A stretch of DNA of 40,987 nucleotides, from the NCBI GenBank assembly GCA_007117185.1, contig SKHA01000205.1, positions 1 to 40,987 of the forward strand, read 5' to 3'. Source of the stretch: Spirochaeta sp. Its GTDB lineage: Bacteria; Spirochaetota; Spirochaetia; DSM-27196; Alkalispirochaetaceae. The notes under the pieces were generated by a model. That model had not been told where the DNA came from. It made no database searches and saw only the letters and a program-made list of their open reading frames with translations. The stretch's first letter is position 1. Each line of letters begins with the position of its first letter. The position numbers were made by a program, and so were the translations under genes. Shown here in pieces: positions 9,383 to 17,643 of the stretch.

Positions 9383-11080
9383 TCAGAATTGCTGCTCGTA
9401 GATGCGCCGCGCTACCGGCATTCTCCGGCCCGTGCCGAATGCCCGGGGGCTCACCTTAAGAACCGGCGGTGCCTGTCGTCGCTTGTACTCGCTGCGCCCC
9501 ACCAGCGAGAGCACCCGGGAAACAGTCTCACCGTCCGGCGGCGGGTACCCTCCGGCCGGGGGGGGGCCGTCAACAATCTGCGAGAACGTACGGTTGCCGA
9601 TGAGGTACTCCCTGAGGATGTGATCCAGAACGGGGTAGGGTGGCAGGCTGTCTTCGTCGCGCTGGTCCGGGCGCAGCTCCGCTGACGGCGCTTTGGTGAT
9701 GATCGCTTCGGGTATGACCTCGCCGTGGCGGTTGAAGTGCCGGGCCAGCGCGTAGACCTCCGTCTTCAACAGGTCACCGATCACCGAGAGGCCGCCGCAC
9801 ATATCGCCGTAGAGGGTGCAGTACCCCACCGCCAGCTCGCTTTTGTTGCCCGTTGTCAGCGTGAGGGAACCGGTTTTGTTGGACCACGCCATGAGCAGCG
9901 TCCCCCGGATGCGGGCCTGCAGGTTCTCCTCGGTTACGTCCTGCTCCATCCCCTGAAAGAGCGGCGCCAGGGTCGATTCGAACGCGGTATAGACATCCAG
10001 AATGGGAAGGGTTTCGCAGCGGATACCCAGATTCTGCACCAGCCGTTCCGAATCGGTGATGCTGCCTTCGCTGGAGTACTGCGAGGGCAGGAGAAACACC
10101 GCGAGGTTCTGCGGACCCACTGCCCGGGCAGCGATAACCGTCACCACCGCCGAATCGATGCCGCCGGAGAGCCCCAGGTGGACCCGGGAGAAACCGGTCT
10201 TTCTGAGGTAATCCCGCACACCCAGAACCAGGGCATCCTCGATCTCCTGCCAGTAGTCGTCCGGGGCGGCTGCCGGGGACGCCGTCGGGGCGGCTGCCGG
10301 GGTGCTGCCCGTCAACTCCACCTCCACCACCGCCACGTCCTCCACAAACCCCGGTGACTGGTGCCGGATCGTACCGTCGCTGCCGGTCACCAGGGAGGCA
10401 CCGTCGAAAATGAGGTTGTCGTTGCCTCCCACCGCGTTCACATATACCACCGGGACACCGTTGTTGCGTCCGATGGAGGTGACAAGGCGGCGACGGATAT
10501 CCCGTTTGCCTCCGTGAAATGGACTTGCCGAGGGGGCAATGATCAGGCGCGCTCCCGCGTCCACCAGATCCCGCACCGGGTCCACGGGGTAACGCGTTCC
10601 CGGTACCGGCTCGGTTTCCCACCAGATATCTTCGCAGATCGCGATGCCCATGGGGACACCCTGTTCCATCCAGACGGTTGACTCCCGGGCCGGCTCGAAA
10701 TAGCGCGCTTCGTCGAACACGTCGTAGGTGGGGAGCAGTCGCTTGGCCTGGCGAAAACGCACCTCCCCGTCCCGAAGAACAGCAGCCACGTTGTGAAGGC
10801 TCTTGCCGGCGGGGTCGGGGCTGCGGTCCACGTATCCGACGATCACCGAGATGTCCCGGGGGAGCCGCCGCTGCAGCTCCCGCAACGCCCGCAGATTCTC
10901 ATCGACAAACGTCCCGTGATCCAGCAGGTCCATTGGCGGATATCCGCACAGCGAGAGCTCCGGAAAGACCGCCAGCGTCGCTCCCTGGCCCTTTGCCCGC
11001 TCTGTTGCCGCGAGGATGAGGTGGAGATTTCCCGAGAAATCCCCGATGGTGCTGTTGATCTGTCCAATTGCAATCTTCAC
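9383..11080 (-). CDS. nadE: Glutamine-dependent NAD+ synthetase
   Basis: Nitrilase-type glutaminase triad (FPELSLCGY, KRLLPTYDVFDE, ICEDIW) plus synthetase motifs LGLSGGIDS, ENLQARIRG, TGNKSE, PSAELRPDQ. Confidence 0.95.
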   Translation of the reverse strand: MKIAIGQINSTIGDFSGNLHLILAATERAKGQGATLAVFPELSLCGYPPMDLLDHGTFVDENLRALRELQRRLPRDISVIVGYVDRSPDPAGKSLHNVAAVLRDGEVRFRQAKRLLPTYDVFDEARYFEPARESTVWMEQGVPMGIAICEDIWWETEPVPGTRYPVDPVRDLVDAGARLIIAPSASPFHGGKRDIRRRLVTSIGRNNGVPVVYVNAVGGNDNLIFDGASLVTGSDGTIRHQSPGFVEDVAVVEVELTGSTPAAAPTASPAAAPDDYWQEIEDALVLGVRDYLRKTGFSRVHLGLSGGIDSAVVTVIAARAVGPQNLAVFLLPSQYSSEGSITDSERLVQNLGIRCETLPILDVYTAFESTLAPLFQGMEQDVTEENLQARIRGTLLMAWSNKTGSLTLTTGNKSELAVGYCTLYGDMCGGLSVIGDLLKTEVYALARHFNRHGEVIPEAIITKAPSAELRPDQRDEDSLPPYPVLDHILREYLIGNRTFSQIVDGPPPAGGYPPPDGETVSRVLSLVGRSEYKRRQAPPVLKVSPRAFGTGRRMPVARRIYEQQF

Positions 11081-11084
11081 GCCG

Positions 11085-11113
11085 TTGACCTCTCTTCGTG
11101 GGCTAACTACTAT
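11085..11113 (+). promoter_or_regulatory. Sigma-70-type promoter of SDR-like/DAACS operon (leaderless)
   Basis: TTGACC (11085-11090), 17 bp, TACTAT (11108-11113), 8 nt, ATG 11122. Divergent from nadE. Confidence 0.65.
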
Positions 11114-11121
11114 ACCGTATC

Positions 11122-11775
11122 ATGCACAAGCCGGTCCTGATAACGGGCAAGCAAACCACGTTCCGGGAGGATCTGGTCCAGGAGTTCCTGAATCGCTCCA
11201 TTCCGGTCTACCTCACTGTTGAAGATCGGGAGTCGGATGTTCCTCAGGAACTGGACAGTCGCATCACTCCCTGCACGTGGGCACGCCGCTCTGTCCTCTC
11301 CACACGTTCTCTTCTCCTGAAAGTAGAGAGGGAGGTGGAGGGGTTTGACCGTGCGGTGGTGCTGTGCGGGCCGGAGGGAATAAACTCCCCGGTGCATCAG
11401 ACAGAGTCAGCGGTGATCGAGGAGCGGATTGACTTCTCCATCAAGGGCTACCTCTTCGTGATCCGGGAGATCCTCTCCTCATTCATGCGCCGGGGCGGCG
11501 GTGATCTGACGGTGATCTGGTTCGATGGCGGATCGGAGGTCCTGCCGCCGTTTGACGCCAGCCTCAGCGGGGCGGTGCAGTCGCTGGTGCGGTCTCTTCT
11601 GGTGTATTACGAATCAGAACCGGTGACGATCCGCGGATTGCAGGCCGCCGGGGGTGAACCCCGGGAGGTAGCTCACTGGGCGCTGGAGATGATCGTCGAC
11701 CGGGCGGATAGATCCGCCGGGCGCTGGCAGAAACACGGGCAGCGAAGCGGACTGCTGCCCTTCAGGAAGGGCTGA
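11122..11775 (+). CDS. Degenerate short-chain dehydrogenase (Rossmann)-like protein
   Basis: Starts KPVLITG with SDR-like layout (FDRAVV, IDFSIKGYLFVIREIL..FMRRGGG). Lacks TGxxxGIG and YxxxK. Confidence 0.7.
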   Translation: MHKPVLITGKQTTFREDLVQEFLNRSIPVYLTVEDRESDVPQELDSRITPCTWARRSVLSTRSLLLKVEREVEGFDRAVVLCGPEGINSPVHQTESAVIEERIDFSIKGYLFVIREILSSFMRRGGGDLTVIWFDGGSEVLPPFDASLSGAVQSLVRSLLVYYESEPVTIRGLQAAGGEPREVAHWALEMIVDRADRSAGRWQKHGQRSGLLPFRKG

Positions 11776-11778
11776 CAG

Positions 11779-13008
11779 ATGAGTATTCGTCTTCGATATC
11801 TCGCCGGTGGAACCGTCGGGATCATAATAGGTTTGCTCTTGCCGCTGGCGGGCGGGGACACCCTGGAGCTTCTCCGGCAGCTCTCCGGGCTGGTGGTTAC
11901 CATTGGACGCTTCTTCCTCTTTCCGTTGATGTTCTTCGGGATGATCATCGCCGCCGACGAGTTGCGCAGCGACGAGAATCTGCTGCCCCTGGCGGGGCGA
12001 ACGGTGGTGTGGACGCTGCTGGCGGTGGTTGTTTCCACCCTGGCGGGGGTTCTCTCGGTGGCGGTGCTGGCGCCGCAGCGGATTCCGCCGATGATTCAGG
12101 AGGGTCAGGTAGCGCAGGTTCCATCCCTTCTGGGGGAGATCGCCGCGGGGTTGCGGGGCAACCTCTTTCAGGTGTTTGTCCTCAATGAGAACGCCGTGGC
12201 AGGGGTCCTTCTGGTGGGATTACTTATCGGCGTGAGCCTTCACTACGATCGCAGCGTGACCTCCCCGGTCTCCCTGGTGGCTGATTCGGCCAACCGCATC
12301 CTGTACCGTCTGAACTCGCAGCTGGTTGAGTTTCTCGGGGTGCTCCTGATCGTCCCCATGGCGGCGACGGTGGTCCTCCTGCGGGAAGTGCCCGACCTTG
12401 AACTCTTTCTGCAGTTCCTGCTGGTGAGCGTTGTGGCGGTGCTGGTAGTGGGGTTCCTGCTCTTTCCGCTGATCATCTTTCTTCTGGACCGCAAACGTGC
12501 CCGACCCCTCGGCTGGCTGCGCAGCATGATCACCCCGGTTGTGCCGGCCCTCGTCTCCGGAGACAGTTATTTTGCTCTGGGAACGCTGATCCGTACCGGA
12601 AAAGAGGAGCTGGACATCCATCGGAAGGTCGGGGCAACGGTCCTGCCGGCGGTGTCACTGTACGGCCGGGCCGGTAGCGCCATGATCAGTATCGCCGGGT
12701 TTCTCCTGGTGATACGCTCCTACACCGCGCTGGAGATCGGGGTTGGGGACCTCATTGAGCTCTCCGTGGCGGCGATGGTCTATTCGTTCTTTCTTGCCCG
12801 GGTTCCTGCGGGGAGGGTGGCGTTGCTGCTCTCGTACCTGGCCCTGCGCTACGGTCGCGGGATGGAAGAATCCTACCTGATTCTCCTTCCGGTGATGCCA
12901 ATTCTTGAGCGTATCGGCGCGGTCCTGGATGTCATGACCGCGGGCTTCGTGGCGCAGGTGGTAAAGATGCGTACCCTCGCTGCGGCCGAGGCGGCGCGGC
13001 GTCGCTGA
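11779..13008 (+). CDS. Dicarboxylate/amino acid:cation symporter (DAACS) family protein, divergent
   Basis: 409-aa polytopic membrane protein with IGRFFLFPLMFF, GNLFQVF and hairpin-like C-terminal half. Starts 3 bp after the upstream stop. Confidence 0.75.
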   Translation: MSIRLRYLAGGTVGIIIGLLLPLAGGDTLELLRQLSGLVVTIGRFFLFPLMFFGMIIAADELRSDENLLPLAGRTVVWTLLAVVVSTLAGVLSVAVLAPQRIPPMIQEGQVAQVPSLLGEIAAGLRGNLFQVFVLNENAVAGVLLVGLLIGVSLHYDRSVTSPVSLVADSANRILYRLNSQLVEFLGVLLIVPMAATVVLLREVPDLELFLQFLLVSVVAVLVVGFLLFPLIIFLLDRKRARPLGWLRSMITPVVPALVSGDSYFALGTLIRTGKEELDIHRKVGATVLPAVSLYGRAGSAMISIAGFLLVIRSYTALEIGVGDLIELSVAAMVYSFFLARVPAGRVALLLSYLALRYGRGMEESYLILLPVMPILERIGAVLDVMTAGFVAQVVKMRTLAAAEAARRR

Positions 13009-13064
13009 ACGCGGCACCTCTGAACACAGTACCTCTGAACACAGTACCTCGGAACACGGCGCCG
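13005..13064. repeat. 15-bp degenerate tandem repeat x4 starting at DAACS stop codon
   Basis: CTGAACGCGGCACCT / CTGAACACAGTACCT / CTGAACACAGTACCT / CGGAACACGGCGCCG. Confidence 0.85.
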
Positions 13065-13079
13065 CGTGCAGCGCGGCGC
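13059..13079. terminator. GC-rich hairpin between convergent genes
   Basis: GCGCCGCG-TGCAG-CGCGGCGC. No clear U-tract. Confidence 0.45.
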
Positions 13080-13081
13080 AG

Positions 13082-13816
13082 CTAAAAGAGGTCGTAGGTT
13101 ATCCGCAGTCCCCAGCGCAGCATCGTCTCGTCCAGGAAAGGTACCCCCGGGGGAGCGTCGCTCCAGAGGTTGTAGATCGGTACGTACCAGGTGAGTCCGC
13201 CCCCCACCTGCACGGTGTCGGTGAGGCGATAGTCCACCGCGAATCCCAGCTCCGGATAGACGAAGCGCCCGGCGATCCAGTACCGACCCACCTCGCCGGT
13301 CCCGGATGAATCGATCTCCCGCAGGGGTATTCGAAAGATCAGCGCCAGACCGGCCCCCACGGAGAGATCCCAGGCGGGGTGCGACGGCCAGGGCAGGCGG
13401 TAGTACCACGGGACCGAGAGCGCCAGCGAGAGGGTGTCGGCGATCTGGCCGCTGACTGACCCGGTCTCGATCTGTGTGGGAACCACTGTGTCGTGGGCGT
13501 TCAGGGCGATGTACTCCTGCCGGTAGATCCACAGGTTTGGCTCCAGGCGCATCGCCGGGGTAAGGTCCAGGACGACGCCGGCGCCGAAGGACATTCGCTG
13601 CGGGCTTACGTCACTTCCCTGAACGGGCGAGCCATCTTCGGTGGTGGTGAACCCATTGTAGATCCACAGGGGCATCGCCGAGAAGACCAGCGGTCCTACC
13701 TCCAGCTCCACCGCCTGGCCGTAGGCAGTGTCGGGGGCGGTCAGGTGAAACAGCGCCCAGAAGACCCCGACAAGGAGAATGGTGGCTGGAGTGGTCCGGA
13801 ACGGTAAGGCACCCAC
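13082..13816 (-). CDS. Putative outer-membrane beta-barrel protein
   Basis: Signal peptide (TILLVGVFWALF...AYG), alternating amphipathic strands, C-terminal WGLRITYDLF. Start GTG 13816 lies 6 nt after an extended -10 (TGG-TATAGT, TATAGT at 13828-13823). Confidence 0.7.
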   Translation of the reverse strand: MGALPFRTTPATILLVGVFWALFHLTAPDTAYGQAVELEVGPLVFSAMPLWIYNGFTTTEDGSPVQGSDVSPQRMSFGAGVVLDLTPAMRLEPNLWIYRQEYIALNAHDTVVPTQIETGSVSGQIADTLSLALSVPWYYRLPWPSHPAWDLSVGAGLALIFRIPLREIDSSGTGEVGRYWIAGRFVYPELGFAVDYRLTDTVQVGGGLTWYVPIYNLWSDAPPGVPFLDETMLRWGLRITYDLF

Positions 13817-13842
13817 ACCAGTACTATACCACACCGCGTGAG

Positions 13843-15285
13843 CTAATACGCTTTAGCGAAGACCGCCATGTGCCGGGCGGGTTTGCCCGAGCGTATGCAC
13901 GTTTTGCCCCGGGCCTCTTCCTCGTTTCCAAAGGGCAGGACCCGGATCGTCGCTTTGGTCTCTTCCTTGATCAGCGCTTCGGTGGCGGCATCGCCGTCCC
14001 AGGGGGCCACGGCGAACCCGCCGGGGGCGTCCTCACCCTGGTACAGCGCTGCCATCTCGTCCCAGGTGGCGGGGTAGTGGGTGTTGGCGCCGCGGAACTC
14101 CAGGGCGCGCTGATAGAGGTTCTGCTGAATCTCATCGAGCAAGGCCCGGGCCCGCGCTCCCGCCGCGTCAAGGGCCACCGCTTCCTTCTCTCCGGTGTCG
14201 CGACGCACCATCGTCACCTGCCCGTTCTCAAGGTCCCGCGGCCCCATCTCGATCCGCAGGGGCACCCCCCGCATCTCCCATTCGGCAAACTTCCACCCCG
14301 GGGAGTTGCTCTCGTCATCGTCCACCACGATGCGGAACTCCTTCCGCAGCTCATCCGCCAGTTTTTCCGCCGCCGGCAGCACCTGCTCCCGGTTGTTGCT
14401 GCGGAAGATGGGGATGAGCACCAGTTCCGTTGGTGCCAGCTTCGGGGGGACAATGAGCCCGTTGTCGTCGGAGTGGGCCATGATCAGCGCTCCCACCAGT
14501 CGCGTAGAGACCCCCCAGGAGGTAGCCCAGACGTACTCCAGAGCGCTCTCGCGGTTCTGGAACTGGACGTCAAACGCTTTGGCAAAGTTCTGTCCCAGGA
14601 AGTGGGACGTGCCGGCCTGCAGCGCCCGGCGGTCCTGCATCAGTGCTTCAATGGCGTAGGTGTTTACCGCCCCGGCGAATTTCTCGCTCTCGCTCTTGAC
14701 GCCGGTGAGCACCGGCATCGCCATGTACTCCTCAGCAAAGGTGCGGTAGACCTCGAGCATGCGCAGCGTCTCTTCCCGGGCCTCATCTTCCGTGGCGTGG
14801 GCGGTGTGCCCTTCCTGCCACAGAAACTCGGTGGTTCTGAGGAACAGCCGGGTGCGCTTCTCCCAGCGGACCACGTTGGCCCACTGGTTGATTAACAGCG
14901 GCAGGTCCCGCCAGGACTGGATCCACTTGCGGTACATGCTCCAGATGATCGTCTCCGAAGTGGGGCGGATCACCAGGGGCTCTTCCAGTTTCTCGCCGCC
15001 ACCGTGGGTAACCACTGCCAGCTCCGGGGCAAACCCTTCCACGTGCTGCGCTTCCTTGTGCAGGAAACTTTCTGGTATCAACAGGGGAAAGTACGCGTTC
15101 TGATGCCCGGTAGCCTTGAACATTCCGTCCAGAGCGCTCTGCATCCGCTCCCACAGGGCGTAGCCCCGCGGCCGGATCACCATCGATCCCTTCACAGGGC
15201 TGTAGTCAGCGAGTTGCGCTTTCAGGACGATATCTACGTACCAATCAGAGTAACTTGTGGATCTGGGAGTAATGTGTTCTGCCAT
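13843..15285 (-). CDS. proS: Proline--tRNA ligase, archaeal/eukaryote-type
   Basis: [60 protein letters not shown]-terminal FAKAY. Confidence 0.96.
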   Translation of the reverse strand: MAEHITPRSTSYSDWYVDIVLKAQLADYSPVKGSMVIRPRGYALWERMQSALDGMFKATGHQNAYFPLLIPESFLHKEAQHVEGFAPELAVVTHGGGEKLEEPLVIRPTSETIIWSMYRKWIQSWRDLPLLINQWANVVRWEKRTRLFLRTTEFLWQEGHTAHATEDEAREETLRMLEVYRTFAEEYMAMPVLTGVKSESEKFAGAVNTYAIEALMQDRRALQAGTSHFLGQNFAKAFDVQFQNRESALEYVWATSWGVSTRLVGALIMAHSDDNGLIVPPKLAPTELVLIPIFRSNNREQVLPAAEKLADELRKEFRIVVDDDESNSPGWKFAEWEMRGVPLRIEMGPRDLENGQVTMVRRDTGEKEAVALDAAGARARALLDEIQQNLYQRALEFRGANTHYPATWDEMAALYQGEDAPGGFAVAPWDGDAATEALIKEETKATIRVLPFGNEEEARGKTCIRSGKPARHMAVFAKAY

Positions 15286-15299
15286 GACGTTTCCGCGAG

Positions 15300-15328
15300 A
15301 GTTTAGAGGCAATTCTTCACGGCGTCAA
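15300..15328 (-). promoter_or_regulatory. Sigma-70-type promoter of proS
   Basis: TTGACG (15328-15323), 17 bp, TAAACT (15305-15300), 14 nt to ATG. Confidence 0.65.
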
Positions 15329-15346
15329 GAATTATCGGAGTCCCTG

Positions 15347-16051
15347 TTATCGGAGCCTGACCGTTTCCACCATGTAGCGGATCTGTCGTCCTCCGGGGAT
15401 ATCGGTGATTCGCTCCATCACAACAACCAGGGACTCTCCGTCCGGAGCAAGTATCACCTGACCTACGGAGTAGCGATTGACCCCGTCACGAAAAAAGCCT
15501 GGTCGACCTACCCGCCGTTGTACGGTGGTGCCGTCAGCGGTGCGGAGGGTGATGTCAAGGTGAAACGCTGCGCTGCCCTCGCGGCCGCTGCCGCGGGATT
15601 CCTGCGTGACTGAAATGGTGTAGCGACTGTTCTGCTGAAAATCCCTGAACTCCACCCGTGGGGTTGGTTCTGTCTGGTTAAGAGACAGATAGATGAGCCG
15701 CCCCTGCCGCAGATGGTTCACGTTGCGGGCGGTCATCATCGGGGCAAGGTCCCGAAGCACGTTGAACAGCGCGCCGCTGCCGTCCTGGCCCGCGGATACC
15801 GGCTGGGTGAAGACCTGCTGCGCCACCCCCTCCCGGACAAATACGTTGCCGGGAACATCAACGGTAAAGACCTCGGCGTAGGGATGTCCCGACGCACCTT
15901 CGATTCCATGCTGGGAAAAGACGAAGACCTGCGAATCCGGGGAGAAACCGAGGTTCGTAAAGCGTGCTACATCACCGGCGTGAACCGCAGCAGCGAGGGA
16001 AGTCAGCAGCAGAAGCGTAATCAGTTTCTTGCGTATTCTTTCTATCGCCAT
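15347..16051 (-). CDS. DUF2259 family secreted protein
   Basis: Signal peptide followed by AGDVARFTNLGFSPDSQVFVFSQHG, ending IRYMVET. SD GGGAGGAG. Confidence 0.8.
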   Translation of the reverse strand: MAIERIRKKLITLLLLTSLAAAVHAGDVARFTNLGFSPDSQVFVFSQHGIEGASGHPYAEVFTVDVPGNVFVREGVAQQVFTQPVSAGQDGSGALFNVLRDLAPMMTARNVNHLRQGRLIYLSLNQTEPTPRVEFRDFQQNSRYTISVTQESRGSGREGSAAFHLDITLRTADGTTVQRRVGRPGFFRDGVNRYSVGQVILAPDGESLVVVMERITDIPGGRQIRYMVETVRLR

Positions 16052-16134
16052 GGGAATCTGGTCTCCTCCCTAACAGTATCGTCGGTTCCACCCGGCGGCT
16101 GTAGTTTTTCCGCAAAATCGCTATAGTGTCTTCC

Positions 16135-16896
16135 ATGACGGTGAATCAGCGCAACAGTACTCTCATGGCGCTTCTGATGCTTCAGTTTCTGCTGGTGGTC
16201 GCGGTGGTTGTACTGTTTTTTCGTCGGCAGCCTTCTGTCGGTAGCGGGCACGTTGCTGCCCTGACCGGTGCTGCCCTGATGACAGTGGCCGCCGGGCTGG
16301 TGGCGGCGACGTATCTGCGGATCTTCCGGCGGAGCCGGTCGATACCGGTATTCTTCATGGTCACGTTCTTCATCTTCACCATGCTCGATGCGACCAAGTG
16401 GGTGCAGCTGCTGGTCCTTGATTCACCCTGGCCGCACTACGCCGCTACAGTCAGTCGGGTGACGATTTTCGGACACCTCTCCGGCGCGCTGGCGCTCTTT
16501 GGCTCCGGTCTGTACGCCGGGTCGCACCGCCTCAAGTGGCAGGGGGTTGCTTTTGCCCTGGGACTGTTTCTGACGGCGTCGCTGAGTTGGGCTATACCCA
16601 TTGATTCCAGCGTTATGCCGGAGAATCTTGTCTTTGCCGCGGGGTTTCCCGCGTCTCTGGATATGCTCACCGCGCTGCTGCTGATACTGGGGGTCATCAA
16701 CTACGCCGAGCAGGCGATCGTTGCCCGGGACACCCGCCGGGCGGTGACGGCGCTGTCAGTTCTGCTGATCGTCGTCGGGCGGGAGTTGCTGTACCACCGT
16801 ACCGAGATCGCGATGATGTTTCTCGGGACGGGGCTGTTTCTGGCTGGAGGCATCACCTACGCGTTGCGCAACTATCGGGACTACCTGCTGGGATAG
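16135..16896 (+). CDS. Hypothetical multi-pass (about 7-8 TM) membrane protein
   Basis: Repeated hydrophobic helices. ATG 16135 lies 7 nt after TATAGT (16122-16127). Confidence 0.75.
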   Translation: MTVNQRNSTLMALLMLQFLLVVAVVVLFFRRQPSVGSGHVAALTGAALMTVAAGLVAATYLRIFRRSRSIPVFFMVTFFIFTMLDATKWVQLLVLDSPWPHYAATVSRVTIFGHLSGALALFGSGLYAGSHRLKWQGVAFALGLFLTASLSWAIPIDSSVMPENLVFAAGFPASLDMLTALLLILGVINYAEQAIVARDTRRAVTALSVLLIVVGRELLYHRTEIAMMFLGTGLFLAGGITYALRNYRDYLLG

Positions 16897-16950
16897 AGAG
16901 GCAGGGAGCGGGGACGCAAAGGGGAAGGGTGCCTGTAGAGGCCGGGGGCG

Positions 16951-17568
16951 CTACAGGAGAGCCAGGGTGACCATTCCCACCCCGGCGGGCAGGATGAGGT
17001 TGTCCGCGTCCCGGGTGGGTAACGCTTCCAAGACCATCGCCGCCGCCGCAGCAGCCAGAGCTACCGGCCAGGACTGGAGCACCAGGTAGCCGGCAATGGC
17101 AACGACCACACCGCAGGCAAGGCTCCCTTCCAGGGTCTTTCCGCCGGTTAGTGGCAGTTGGATGGAGCCCAGGAGTTTTCCTACCACGCTGGCTACTCCG
17201 TCACCGAATGCAAGAGCGTAAATCGCCACCGTTGCTGCCGGGTCGGGATACAGCAGCAGCGCCATCATCGCCCCCAGCCCCAGGGTTACCGGGCCGAGAA
17301 CAAAGTGCCCCAGATCCCGGGGGCGGGAGGAGAGTACCGTCAGTCTGGAAATAACCGGAACATCCCGACCGTTCTGGCGCAGCGTTTCCGCCCAGGTATA
17401 GATAATTGTCCCCGCCGCCAGAAGCAAAAGCGTTGCAACAGTTCCGATATGCGTTACAATGAGCGGCACCGTGGCAACCAGAAGATGAACCGTTTTGCGG
17501 ATCAGCTCGGTACGAAGCTCACGGGTTATGGAGAGAGGGTGGCCCAGTGTTGTTGTCGTATCCATCAC
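16951..17568 (-). CDS. CTP-dependent polyprenol/phytol/diacylglycerol kinase family (SEC59/DGK1/VTE5)
   Basis: ELIRKTVHL, LAFGDGVASVVGK..G, GGKTLEGSLA, DADNLILP. Start GTG 17568 or ATG 17565; the upstream ORF-track extension is spurious. Confidence 0.85.
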   Translation of the reverse strand: MMDTTTTLGHPLSITRELRTELIRKTVHLLVATVPLIVTHIGTVATLLLLAAGTIIYTWAETLRQNGRDVPVISRLTVLSSRPRDLGHFVLGPVTLGLGAMMALLLYPDPAATVAIYALAFGDGVASVVGKLLGSIQLPLTGGKTLEGSLACGVVVAIAGYLVLQSWPVALAAAAAAMVLEALPTRDADNLILPAGVGMVTLALL

Positions 17569-17579
17569 AGCACAATCAT

Positions 17580-17596
17580 TGCAATTACCATGCCAA
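17580..17596 (-). promoter_or_regulatory. Sigma-54 (-24/-12) promoter
   Basis: TTGGCATGGTAATTGCA versus consensus YTGGCACGNNNNTTGCW: one mismatch and exact GG-N10-GC spacing, in an AT-rich divergent intergenic region. Confidence 0.72.
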
Positions 17597-17643
17597 ATCA
17601 GGAGTTCCGGGTGTCGGGAAATAATTCTTTTACACGAAACAGG

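Noticed and set aside
13005-13064. Possible mini-CRISPR
   Set aside because: Contiguous 15-bp units with no spacers and no cas genes.
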